Shown: positions 8,977 through 18,700 of the stretch, piece by piece
How the letters are laid out: each line of letters opens with the position of its first letter
Position numbering within the stretch: the stretch's first letter is position 1
Assembly: GCA_965203515.1 (NCBI GenBank)
Contig: OZ241907.1
Location: 1,714,578 to 1,778,577, forward strand
Length of the DNA stretch: 64,000 nt
Source: Spirochaetia bacterium
Lineage (GTDB): Bacteria; Spirochaetota; Spirochaetia; SZUA-6; Bin103
Direction of reading: 5' to 3'
Position numbers and translations under genes: made by a program
Notes under the pieces: generated by a model
Database searches by the model: none
The model's input: the letters and a program-made list of their open reading frames with translations, nothing else
What the model was told of the DNA's origin: nothing

Positions 8977-9779
8977 CAGCGTGCTCCCAGCGCCTTGAGG
9001 CAGGCGTTGAGGTAGCCGGCGCTCTCGGCGGCGATGGTGGCGCTCAGCGCCGGATCGTCCCAGGTCTGGGCGCCGATCACCTCCAGGCTCAGCGCGCCGT
9101 CGTAGCCGGCCTCCACGAGCACCCGGCAGTAGCCGGCCAGGTCGATCTGACCGCGGCCGCACGCCTGTTGCGCGGGAGGTCCGGGCGAGGGGTCGCGCGA
9201 CGGGCAGTCGCGGACGTGCACGTGCCGCACGCGGGCGACCACGGCGCGCAGCGCCTCCACCACGTCCTCGCCCGCGCGGTGGATGTGGCTGGGGTCCATG
9301 TTGACGCCGAATCCGGGCGAGTCGATCGCCTCCATGGCGGCCAGCGTGGTCGGCGTGTCGTGGACGGCGCTGCCGACGTGCGCCTTCAGGCAGAGGGTGA
9401 CCCCGTGCCGGTGCGCTTCGTCGGCCAGCGCCGCGATCCGCTCCACGGCGGCGTCGAGCGAGTCCCGGTCGCCGGCGGCGCCGCCGGAGCCGATGCAGAC
9501 CACGGGGATGCCGAGCTCGGCAGCCGCCTCGAAGGCAAGGCGCAGGCGCTCCTCATTCAGGGCCGACTCCTCCATGGCGAGCGCCTGCAGGCCGTGGTCG
9601 TCGAGGACCGCGCGCAGCTCGGCCGCCTGCCGGCGCCAGCTCGACAGTTTCAGGTGCTCGCACATACCGGCCAGGGCCGCGACCTCGACCCCGTCGTAAC
9701 CGGCCGCGGACAACAGGCGCGCCGCGGCCGCGAATCCGGACCGGCCGAAGAGAACGGTGTTCGCTGACAGCTTGATCAT
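8976..9779 (-). CDS. sugar phosphate isomerase/epimerase (xylose-isomerase-like TIM barrel)
   Basis: Track ORF 8976..9818. Start is more likely ATG 9779 (MIKLSANTVLFG...), as is typical for this family. The 9818 start is possible. Confidence 0.6.
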   Translation of the reverse strand: MIKLSANTVLFGRSGFAAAARLLSAAGYDGVEVAALAGMCEHLKLSSWRRQAAELRAVLDDHGLQALAMEESALNEERLRLAFEAAAELGIPVVCIGSGGAAGDRDSLDAAVERIAALADEAHRHGVTLCLKAHVGSAVHDTPTTLAAMEAIDSPGFGVNMDPSHIHRAGEDVVEALRAVVARVRHVHVRDCPSRDPSPGPPAQQACGRGQIDLAGYCRVLVEAGYDGALSLEVIGAQTWDDPALSATIAAESAGYLNACLKALGAR

Positions 9780-9878
9780 GGCAGCGCATCTTGTCACTTC
9801 GGACGGCCGCGGCGCCACCGGGCGCGCTGCCGAGGCGCTTGACCGCCGCTCCCGTCCGCCGTATGTTCGGGTGCTCCC

Positions 9879-10931
9879 ATGGCATTCGAGTCACGAGTCT
9901 ACGCCCTGCGTATCGAGCCGCACCCCAACGCCGACCGCCTGGAGCTGGCGGCGATCGGCGGCTTCCGTTGCGTCGTCGGCAAGGACAGCTACGTCGACGG
10001 CGACCTGGCCGCGTACATCCCGGAAGGGGCGGTCTGTCCCGAATGGCTGATCGCGGAGCTGGGGCTGGAAGGCAAGCTGGCCGGCAGCAAGAAGAACCGC
10101 GTCAAGGCGGTGCAGCTCCGCGGCGCGCTTTCGCAGGGGTTGGTCTATCCGGTCCGCGACGGGATGATCCGCGGGCGGCAGGTCGCCGAAGGGGACGAAG
10201 TCACCGAGCTGCTGGAGCTGGTCAAGTACGAACCGCCGATCCCGATCTCCATGCAGGGCGAGGTGCGGTCCGCGCACGGCGCCACCCTCCACTACGACAT
10301 CGAGGACTTCAAGAAATACCCGGAGGAGTTCCGGGACGGGGACCCGGTGATGGTCACGGAGAAGCTGCACGGCACGTGGTGCTGCCTGGGCTGGCACGCC
10401 GACCACGGCCCGATCGTCACCTCCAAGGGTATGTCGGACAAGGGCATGGCGCTGCTGATCGACGACGCGAACAAGACCAATCTGTACGTGCGCACGTGGC
10501 GCGCGCATCAGGAGGCGTTCGAGTCGGCGCGCGCCCGCCTTGCCGGCGACGGCCGGCCGTTCTACGTCCTGGGCGAGGTGTACGGCCGCGGCGTGCAGGA
10601 CCTCCATTACGGGGAGCCCAACCCGGCGTTCCGGGTGTTCGATGCGTACCTGGGCGAACCGGGAACCGGCCGCTACCTGAACCCGGAGGAACTGGCGGAA
10701 TCGCTGAGCGATCTGTTTCCGCTGGTGCCGGAGCTCTATCGCGGCCCGTTCAGCCTGGCGAAGCTGCAGGAGCTCACCGACGGCGCCACCACGCTCGGCG
10801 GCGGCCACGTACGCGAAGGCGTGGTCGTGAGGCCGGCCATGGAGCGCGTGTCGCACGCCTGCGGACGGGTGATCCTGAAGAGCGTCTCCGGCAAGTACCT
10901 GACGCGCAAGGGCGGCACGGAGTTCAACTGA
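9879..10931 (+). CDS. RNA ligase family protein (Rnl2/PF09414-like nucleotidyltransferase, motif I KLHGT) with N-terminal tRNA-binding-like OB domain
   Basis: EKLHGTWC matches the KxHG adenylylation motif (T4 Rnl2 KIHGTN). The N-terminus MAFESRVYALRIEPHPNADRLELAAIGGFRCVVG resembles the CsaA/EMAP-type OB fold seen in DraRnl-like ligases. Confidence 0.5.
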   Translation: MAFESRVYALRIEPHPNADRLELAAIGGFRCVVGKDSYVDGDLAAYIPEGAVCPEWLIAELGLEGKLAGSKKNRVKAVQLRGALSQGLVYPVRDGMIRGRQVAEGDEVTELLELVKYEPPIPISMQGEVRSAHGATLHYDIEDFKKYPEEFRDGDPVMVTEKLHGTWCCLGWHADHGPIVTSKGMSDKGMALLIDDANKTNLYVRTWRAHQEAFESARARLAGDGRPFYVLGEVYGRGVQDLHYGEPNPAFRVFDAYLGEPGTGRYLNPEELAESLSDLFPLVPELYRGPFSLAKLQELTDGATTLGGGHVREGVVVRPAMERVSHACGRVILKSVSGKYLTRKGGTEFN

Positions 10932-10955
10932 CTCCGAAAGGCCGGCTCCCCTTCT

Positions 10956-12104
10956 TTACGACGCCTCGCCGGCGAGGCGCCGGATCAGGTCCGGGAGGCT
11001 GACGAAGCGGACGCTGAAACCCGGAAAGTCACGCACCCAGGAGCGTTCCGTGTCCGCAGTCACGACGTAGTTGGCGCCGGTGGGATAGCGGGCGCGGAAG
11101 GCGCGCAGGTTCCGGGGATCGAATCCGCCGGCGCGCCACTTGCACTCCACGGTCACCGGGGGCGCGGCGCGATCGTCGATCACGAAGTCGATCTCATGGC
11201 CGCGCTTGTCGCGCCAGTAGCAAAGCCGACGCCGTTGCAGGCGTCCGAGGTATTCGTTGAGCACGCAGTGCTCCCACAGGGAGCCGCGATCCTCGTCGCG
11301 CAGCCGGTTCCAGCCCATGAACAGGCTGACGAAGCCGGTATCGAAGCCGTAGACCTTGGGCGTCGCCACGATCTCCGTCGCGCGGCGCGTGCTGAAGGGC
11401 CGAACGATCTGCACGACGTGGGTATCTTCGAGCACCTGCAGATAGTTGACGATGGTGGCGCGGCTCACCTCGCACGAGGCGGCGTACCTGGTCGCCTCGA
11501 ACAACCCGCCGCTGGCGGCGAACAACAACTCCACGAAGCGCAGGAAGGACCAGCGCCGTTGCAGCCGGAAGTGCTCCTGGATGTCCCGCGCCCAGTAGGA
11601 GTCGATCCAGTCCTGAAACCCGCGCTCCGGAAACTCGGAAGCAAGGAAGAAGGGGGGCAGCCCGCCGTGCAGAAAGCGGTGATCGATGCCGCGCGGGCCG
11701 AACTCGTGCTCGTCCTGGAGCAGCATCGGCGTCATCCACAGATCGCGCTTGCGGTCGGTGAGCGTATCCCGAAATCGGCGCGACGCTCCCAGTGACGAGG
11801 AGCCGGTAGCGACGATCTGCGTATCGGGATGGTAATCCGCCGCGATCTTCAGCAGCTCGGACGGATTGGGCAGACGGTGTATCTCGTCCAGCACGACCCG
11901 CCGCGCACCGACGTCACGCAGGAAGCTCTCAGGGGACTCCAGCGCGCGGCGGGTGCTCGGCAGTTCGCAGTCGAGGTACTCGACGTCCGGCAGAGACTGA
12001 CACAGGACCGTCTTGCCGGCGCGGCGGACCCCCGACAGCCAGACGACCGACTTCTCGCGCCACAGCTTCTCTACGGCCGCGATCCAGTAGCTTCTCCGTA
12101 CCAT
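10956..12104 (-). CDS. AAA+ ATPase with DUF4143 (AAA_14 family), paralog 1
   Basis: GVRRAGKT Walker A, VVLDEIHRLPN Walker B. Paralogous to the gene at 42406..43734. Confidence 0.7.
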   Translation of the reverse strand: MVRRSYWIAAVEKLWREKSVVWLSGVRRAGKTVLCQSLPDVEYLDCELPSTRRALESPESFLRDVGARRVVLDEIHRLPNPSELLKIAADYHPDTQIVATGSSSLGASRRFRDTLTDRKRDLWMTPMLLQDEHEFGPRGIDHRFLHGGLPPFFLASEFPERGFQDWIDSYWARDIQEHFRLQRRWSFLRFVELLFAASGGLFEATRYAASCEVSRATIVNYLQVLEDTHVVQIVRPFSTRRATEIVATPKVYGFDTGFVSLFMGWNRLRDEDRGSLWEHCVLNEYLGRLQRRRLCYWRDKRGHEIDFVIDDRAAPPVTVECKWRAGGFDPRNLRAFRARYPTGANYVVTADTERSWVRDFPGFSVRFVSLPDLIRRLAGEAS

Positions 12105-12150
12105 GTGTAAACCAGGATGTCACATGGTGGCACCATATGTCAATCATGGT
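12105..12150. promoter_or_regulatory. palindromic operator-like element upstream of the DUF4143 ATPase
   Basis: TGTCACATGGTGGCACCATATGTCA is an imperfect 25-bp palindrome with a perfect core ATGGTG-G-CACCAT. It lies in a lower-GC intergenic region. Confidence 0.3.
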
Positions 12151-12222
12151 GGCGTTCGGTAGCAGTTGCGCCATCTTCCCGGACGCGACGGAACCGCGGT
12201 GGTGCGTGTGGCTGAACTGAAG

Positions 12223-13254
12223 TCAGCGCTCCCGATCTGACGCGTGGGTCTGTCGGCGGAGCAACTCGAACGCCTGCTGGCCGATGCCGGTAGCCTGCTC
12301 GATGATCGACCACTCGACGCCGGCGCGCAGAAAACTCTCGATGGTGGCCACCTGGCCTTCCTGGCGGCCCTCCTGGCGGCCTTCCTGGCGGCCCTCCTGG
12401 CGGCCTTCCTGACGGCCTTCCTGACGGCCTTCCTGACGGCCTTTCAGCACGCCTTCCTGGATCAACTGCTCCCCATACGTCTTCATATCCCCTCCTGGTC
12501 CCCGTACTTCCCGCCGCAGCGCCGCGCCGAACTCCCGCAACCTCTCATCATCCTGCGTGCGGAGCACGTACAACACCACCACCGCGAACCGTTCGCTCTG
12601 TCCCGCCCGGTCCAACTCTCCCATGAGCTGCACCGCCGTCTCCAGCGCCGCCCTCACCTCGCGGCGCGCCGCCGCCATCAGCGCAAGCTGTGCTATCCGG
12701 CCCAGCGTTTCGCCCTGTACCGCTCCCACCCCCATCTGCGACTGGTCCACCAGCAGGTGCTCGAACTGCGGCGTCCAGGGCCACCCTCTGACCGATTCCG
12801 CAAACAAGTCGCTGAACTGAGCCGCATGTCGCCAGTGGGACTCACCCTGATAGAACACCACCGGCACGATCGGCGGCAAGTCCGGCGTCTCCCCTGCTTC
12901 GTCAGAGCGCAAGAAATCATCCCAGATGCGGCAGCAGTACTTCAGCAGCCGGAAGCGCATCAATCGATCCGGCCTCGATTGGTGCTCGAACAGCAGATAG
13001 AGCCGCAGCGAACGCCGCGCGTCACCCGGCTCGGCGGCGCCCGGTCGCTGCTCGATGGCATACAGCAGGTCGGACTCGCTGGCGCGCAGGTCGTCGTCCA
13101 CATAGCTGTCGGGCATCAGCGTCAGGCTGGCCCAGTCCAGCGTACCGGCGAGCCACGACGGCACGTGGGCGCGCAGCAAGCCAGCCGCTTCGGCCGGCTC
13201 GGAGAACACCTTGCGAAACAGATGGTCGTGCGGCTGGTGCAGATCGCGTGTCAT
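12223..13254 (-). CDS. Rpn/YhgA-family recombination-promoting nuclease / putative transposase (PD-(D/E)XK), copy 1
   Basis: Start ATG 13252-13254 (MTRDLHQPHDHLFRKVF...). LYLLFEHQSRPDR and LLKYCCRIW are family motifs. C-terminal QEGR tandem repeat. Paralog at 58974..59933. Confidence 0.7.
   Translation of the reverse strand: MTRDLHQPHDHLFRKVFSEPAEAAGLLRAHVPSWLAGTLDWASLTLMPDSYVDDDLRASESDLLYAIEQRPGAAEPGDARRSLRLYLLFEHQSRPDRLMRFRLLKYCCRIWDDFLRSDEAGETPDLPPIVPVVFYQGESHWRHAAQFSDLFAESVRGWPWTPQFEHLLVDQSQMGVGAVQGETLGRIAQLALMAAARREVRAALETAVQLMGELDRAGQSERFAVVVLYVLRTQDDERLREFGAALRREVRGPGGDMKTYGEQLIQEGVLKGRQEGRQEGRQEGRQEGRQEGRQEGRQEGQVATIESFLRAGVEWSIIEQATGIGQQAFELLRRQTHASDRER
12354..12437. repeat. 12-nt tandem repeat GGCC(T/C)TCCTG(G/A)C x7 (encodes (RQEG)n on the minus strand)
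   Basis: Seven consecutive 12-nt units read directly from the sequence, inside the Rpn copy-1 coding region. Confidence 0.85.
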
Positions 13255-13343
13255 GCGTGGTGCCGCGCAGCATAGCATGGATCGAACGGACGCCGAAGCG
13301 CAAGTATCTTCGCCGGCAAGCGGCCGTCTGTGGCGCCGGCGCG

Positions 13344-14070
13344 TCATGCCCTGCGAGCGACGAGAATATAGCCAAAGACCAGACTGTCGACGCGCAGGAC
13401 CCGGCACGCAGGGGACTCGTTCAGATGATCCAGCACCACTCGCCAATCGAAGCCGAGGTGCGGCCCCCAGCCGTCGGCGTCCGGGTCCCGAAACACGGAG
13501 ATCGATTGGCCCGTGAGCAGGTGCCACACGTAGCGGGATTCGCTCTGATCGCGGAAGAAGCTCTCGTACGGCCTCCTTCGGAATACCTTCCTCGCACCGT
13601 ACTTGAGCAATCCGGGCAAGCCGATCTCGTTCGGCACCGAGATGAGCAGCGTGCCGCCGGGCTTGCACGAGGCGAGCAGCGTGTCGATAGCATTCGGGAC
13701 GTTGCCTACGTGCTCCAACGTCTCGAAGCAGGTGACGACGTCGAACAGACGCTCCCCGGGGGGGGGGGGGGGGGGGGGCGTTGAGATCGACGTAATCGAA
13801 CACGGCGTTGTCGATGTTGCGAGCCTTCGCCGCGGCCAGCAGATCGGACGAGTGATCGAAGCCGAACAGGCACATCGAACCGGCTTCGGGCAGCGCTCGC
13901 AACAGTTCTGCGAAGAAGAATGCGTTGGAGCACCCGAAGTCGGCGACGGCCGCCCGTACCGGTAACGAGAGCGAGCGCATGGTCTCGACGACCCGGCGCA
14001 GTCGGGCACGATGGAAGAAGCTGAACGGATGAAGTCCCTTGTAGGAGCTTTCGTGTACGACCACCGCCAT
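13344..14070 (-). pseudogene. class I SAM-dependent methyltransferase, frameshifted at a poly-C (poly-G on + strand) tract
   Basis: N-terminal part (VADFGCSNAFFFAELL motif I) is in the frame of track ORF 12223..14070. C-terminal part (FDVVTCFETLEHVGNVPNAIDTLLASCKPGGTLLISVPNE) is in the frame of ORF 13344..14117. The switch is at the 21-G run 13758-13778, which encodes poly-Pro in both frames. Confidence 0.6.
13758..13778. repeat. 21-nt G homopolymer inside a coding sequence
   Basis: Direct count: g at 13758-13778. Confidence 0.9.
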
Positions 14071-14074
14071 GATC

Positions 14075-15730
14075 CTACGATGAGTCCACCTTTCGCGAAA
14101 GATCGGAAGTGAGGCACTCCACCAGGGAGATGGCTGACAGTACGACGGCGGCCGCGAAACCGACGGTGACCTGATCGCCCGATAGGTGCTGACCGTAGTT
14201 ACCGACCGAATGCAGATGGTTCACTATGAGGCTGGTAGTTCTGGTGACATACGTGCTCTGGCGTTGGGCGCGCTCAGAGCCGGTTATGAGCCGCAGTATC
14301 CGGCACTCCCGGCCTGGGGAGTCGTGAGGAATCTTGCCTCGTTCGTCCGGCAGCCTCTCGATTCCTGCGTGCTTCCATTCGTCGAGCCATGCATCGGGTA
14401 GACGGCGGTCAGGTGGGAGCTCGGCGGTCCAGATCAGATGCAGCGCCCGATTGGCAATGCTCCTGATCCAGACGAGTGCACTCTCTGGAGCCGGGACGAG
14501 GTCGCGGATCGCCAAGCGCACGTAGTCGCAAAGGTCACTGTCCACGGATCCCTGCGACACTTGGTCGAGGCGCAGCTCAAGCAGCATCTGAACATGCGTC
14601 TCGAATTTGGCGGCCGTGCCCAGAAGACGGGTCAGGTCGGCAATGGCGGGTGCCTGATCCTGAGCGTAGCGCTGCATCAGGCGACAGGAACTGCGCAGTC
14701 GGTTCCTCGACTGTTGGCCGAACCCTCGCTCCTCCAGTGCTTGCCGCCGCGGCTGAGACAGCTCGGCCAGCGGTATTTCGTCGGCAGTCAGCGCGCCGAG
14801 ATCAGCACGCAATTCGCTGTCGCAATCATCCCACAATGCGTCGAGGAGCTGGCGCGGCCCGTCCAGCACCGCTTCCGCAGCATGATCTATTTCCGATTTG
14901 GAAAGACGTTGTCCGCGGTGTCCGGCCCACAGCCTCTGCAGGAGCGCGCAAACGAGCAAAGGCACCCTTCCTGTCCAGTTGGCTATCTCCTTCCGCACCG
15001 ACTCGTCCAACTCGCAGCCGGCGTCACGGAGCGGCTGCAGGAACGCTTCCAGATCACGGTCGTCGAGCGCGGCCACGCGCACCGGCGTATCGTAGAATAT
15101 CCCCCAGAAGTCCGAGGTCCGCGACTCCTCCGTCTTGCACAGCTCGCGCAACGGCCGCCGGCTGCCGGTGACCAGTCGCAGACTGGTCCTCTGCGCCAGC
15201 GCGCGCAGTTGGTCCCACAGGTTCCGCGTCAACCCGGTACCGGCAAGCGCATAGTCGAAGCCATCGAGCACCGCGAGCAGGCGCACGCCGTCCTTTTCGA
15301 GTTGGTCGAATATGATGCCCAGCACCTCATGCCTGGAAACTTCTTCGAAGTCGTCGAAATACCCCACAAGGTCTGGACAGACCCCCTGCAACGCCGCCTT
15401 GATCTCGTCCGCAAACCGCCGCATGAATTCGTGGTCCGAGGCCGGTACCCCGCGGCGGAGATCGACGTACGCAGCGGTGACATACTGCTCGACCCCGTCC
15501 CGGTAGGTGGCGGCGGCATGGTGCAGCAGGACGGACTTTCCGTAGTGCGCCGGCCCCACGACCGACACGTGATCCGGCGACGGTTTCCGCAGGTGCTTGT
15601 CGATGCGGCTCATGAGCGCTGCGCGGCCCAGCATGGGGGGGACCGAAGGTCCCAGGACTTGGTACGGGTCAGGGTCAGGCATGGCGTATGGCCTCCTGGC
15701 GGGCGCGCTCCACGAGGTCGTCGAAGTCAA
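14075..15730 (-). CDS. STAND-like P-loop NTPase (Arch_ATPase/AAA_16-like) with C-terminal helical domain
   Basis: VSVVGPAHYGKSVLL Walker A, RLLAVLDGFD Walker B, LVTGSRRPL sensor-like. Resembles the ATPase module at the C-terminus of the upstream giant gene. 4-nt gap to the downstream SAM-MTase. Confidence 0.55.
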   Translation of the reverse strand: MTSTTSWSAPARRPYAMPDPDPYQVLGPSVPPMLGRAALMSRIDKHLRKPSPDHVSVVGPAHYGKSVLLHHAAATYRDGVEQYVTAAYVDLRRGVPASDHEFMRRFADEIKAALQGVCPDLVGYFDDFEEVSRHEVLGIIFDQLEKDGVRLLAVLDGFDYALAGTGLTRNLWDQLRALAQRTSLRLVTGSRRPLRELCKTEESRTSDFWGIFYDTPVRVAALDDRDLEAFLQPLRDAGCELDESVRKEIANWTGRVPLLVCALLQRLWAGHRGQRLSKSEIDHAAEAVLDGPRQLLDALWDDCDSELRADLGALTADEIPLAELSQPRRQALEERGFGQQSRNRLRSSCRLMQRYAQDQAPAIADLTRLLGTAAKFETHVQMLLELRLDQVSQGSVDSDLCDYVRLAIRDLVPAPESALVWIRSIANRALHLIWTAELPPDRRLPDAWLDEWKHAGIERLPDERGKIPHDSPGRECRILRLITGSERAQRQSTYVTRTTSLIVNHLHSVGNYGQHLSGDQVTVGFAAAVVLSAISLVECLTSDLSRKVDSS

Positions 15731-18700
15731 CGTTCATCCGCAGCCAGTCGGCCATCAACGGGATGGCCAGTCGGTACGTGACCCCGCGGTTGGATTGGTC
15801 GATCTCGAGCAGCTCCAGTTCACGGAGCTCGGTAATGTCGTCAGCGAGAGCTTCGTCATCCCGGACCGGTACACGATATTCCTCGAATTTCAGGCCGATG
15901 AGATCGCGGTTGAAGGCGTCCGGGGCGTCCGCCATACGGTCGCTGAGCGCCAGTATCAGTCTGCGCCGTTCGCTGCCGGCGTAGCCCCACAGGGTCTGGA
16001 AGTGCTCGTTGTCCCGCACCATCTCGGTTGCGGCCCGGTCCACGAGGTCACCCGTGATGATTCGTTCGCTCCCCGCGGCGGCCTGGTCGAACACCCGGCT
16101 GCAGAGCGACTGGATGAGAAACGGATGGCGCGAGCACAGTGCTACCAGCTGGTCACGCGCCTGTGGCAGGTAGCGGATTCGACGCGCGACCGGTTCGGTG
16201 ACCAGCCGCCGGGCTTCCTCCTCCGGCAGCGCACTGACCCCGATCCGGTGGCCGAACCCGAACAGCGCCGACCAGTACTCTTCGCGCAGCCGCTTCAGCC
16301 TGCGGGAGCCGGTGAGGATCGCGCCCAGACCGGATTGGTGCTGCAACAGGTGACGAATGTTCTCGGGGACCTGCTGACTGGTAATACCGCCGTCGATACC
16401 ATCCTGGAGCTTGTCGAACTCGTCGAGCATGAGCAGGACCCGGCGCCGGCGCGGCTTGGCGGCCTCGATCGCCGTCGACAGGTACAACGCCAACGTCTCG
16501 TAGGGGTGATCGTCGGAGAACGCGCCGCGCAATGCGGCGAGGAAGGCCAACTTGAACGGTCGCCCCGACTCCGGGGCCGGCGCATCAGGAATCCAGGTTT
16601 CGATGCCGGCGTCGGCAAGGGCAATACCCGTCTGCCTCGCCAACAGCCTGAACACGTTGGACGTGGACATGCTGTCCATATCCTGGAACGAGCAGTAGAC
16701 GGGAACCCATCCGGGAAGCGCTTCCTCTTTCCGCAACTGCTGCAGGATCGACGTCTTGCCGGTACGCCGATTCCCTTCCAGCAGGATCACGTTGGCCTGC
16801 TCACCGCCGAGATGGCGCCTGATCTGATCCATGATGCCGTCGCGGCCGAAGAACATTTCGGCCCGGTCCACCGGAGGCCCGACGATGTAGGGACTGGCGT
16901 CGAGGTCGCCGGTAGCGGCGGCCTCATTGCCGGAGCGGACCGGCACGGAGACCTTCGTCCGGCCCTCTACGGGCGTGGCGTCGAGGCGGCGCGCCTGCCA
17001 CGCCACGTCGATATCCAGCGGCTGCGTATCGTCTTGCGCCCGGACGACAAGCGGAATCTCATGCCGCTGACCTTCGGCCAAGTAGGGCACTTCTCTCACT
17101 AACGTACGATCGGCCTGACTCACTAACGTGAGATCGGCCTGCCGCACGGTCACCCGCACCTTGCTCAGCGGCACCGGCGACAGGTTGGCAACCCGAAGCC
17201 GCACCTCAGCGACGGTGCCGGCCAGCACTTCCGCGGGTACGGTGATGTCGAGCCTGCCTCTGCGCTGCATGGCGTGGGCCTCATCCTCGACGAGACCCAC
17301 CAGCCCCCAAGTAACAGAACGCAGGCGCTCACCGAGCGGATCTTCGGCCCGGTCGAGGACGCCAAGCGCCTCGCGCAACTTCGCCACAGCGAATTCGAGA
17401 ACCACCAGGCGGCCTGCGCCTTCAGGAACCGAATCGAGATAGTCCAAGGAGGCAGCCGCCCTCCTCGCCGCCTCCAGCCATCTGTCGATCGCACCATCGC
17501 CGGCCGTCGGTGCGGCTGGGGGAGTATCGAGCGATCGTATCTCCGCCGCGAGCTTTGCAAGCATATCTATGCCGCGCGCGCCGTCAGAACGGCGCCCTGC
17601 CGCCAGACTCGCCGCAAGAGGTCCTTCCAGCCAGAGGGCGACCGGATGCCGCGCCATCCCGGAGAGCAGGCGGAAGAGCACGGCCAGCGCGTCTCCGCGC
17701 AGCTCGCCAAGTTCCTTGAGCACGGCATCCTGCACCGAGACAGGCGGCACCGGAACTTTCAACGCGCGGAGCACGGGAATCGACAGATGACGAATCGTCG
17801 ATCCGGTGGCGTGACCCGACAACCAGAACCAATACGCGGGTGAGCGCAACAGGGCGGCCAGGAATCGCGGCTTGACGATCCCTTCGTGCACGCGAACGAA
17901 CGCGATGGTCTCGTCGGCCATCACCTCATACTCGTGCTCGTGCTCGTTTTCCTCAACCAGAAAGATGCTGCCTACGTTGTCCGTCATCGGGACGAGCAGG
18001 TCGCCGCCACGAAGATATGCCCGTGGGTCAGGGTTACCCAACAACGAGCTGAAATCGAAGGGCCAGGTCTGCGGCCGGCGAATACGCACATCCGTCACGT
18101 CGGCGGAGCGGAGCAGATTCGGCTCGGGTGCGTCAAAAAAATCGTTTTCCACCCCAGGAAACACCTCTGCGACCTCGTCCAGACTTTTCACCTTCAGAGA
18201 AGGGTCTGCCTTGACGAGCCGCTCGATCTCGGCGTCCAGCCGCTCGCTTCCCGACTTCTTGGCGATCAACTCGTAGTCGCGGAGCGTGAGTTCGCGCACG
18301 GGGGCGGACCATGACTCGACACCCGGCGAAGCGTAACTCGCAGACGCCTGGCGGTGATCCCCGATCATCTCGGCGACGCCCCGCGCATCTTCCTGGGCCG
18401 CCTGCCATGCCATCGGTGAGACGGTCAGAAACCGTACGGCGTCACGCGGTTCATCGCGGGAAAACACGATAACGCTCATGGATATACCGGTGAACGGCTC
18501 GAACGAGCCGGCCGGAAGCGCGATCACATCCTGCACGCGGTATTCCGAAAGAAGCGCCTTCCTCAGAGGCAAGGAATCGGCATGGAACAGCGGCCGCTCC
18601 GGTAACGCGACTACGGCTCGTCCGCCGGGCCGCATGTTGGCCATCACGTGCTGCAGGAACAGCTCTTCGACGCGATAGCTGGGAAACCGGAAGCTATCGT

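Noticed and set aside
5380-9015. Long plus-strand ORFs 5380..6537, 6593..7966 and 7558..9015, and minus ORF 6546..7835
   Set aside because: These are antisense or alternative-frame shadows of the dipeptidase, ADH and sulfatase genes. Their translations are Arg/Ala/Gly/Pro-rich with no motifs, typical of high-GC DNA.
12354-12437. Possible CRISPR array
   Set aside because: The repeats are 12 nt, directly abutting with no spacers, in frame within a protein-coding gene. This is a coding minisatellite, not CRISPR. No CRISPR, tRNA or rRNA was found anywhere in the window.
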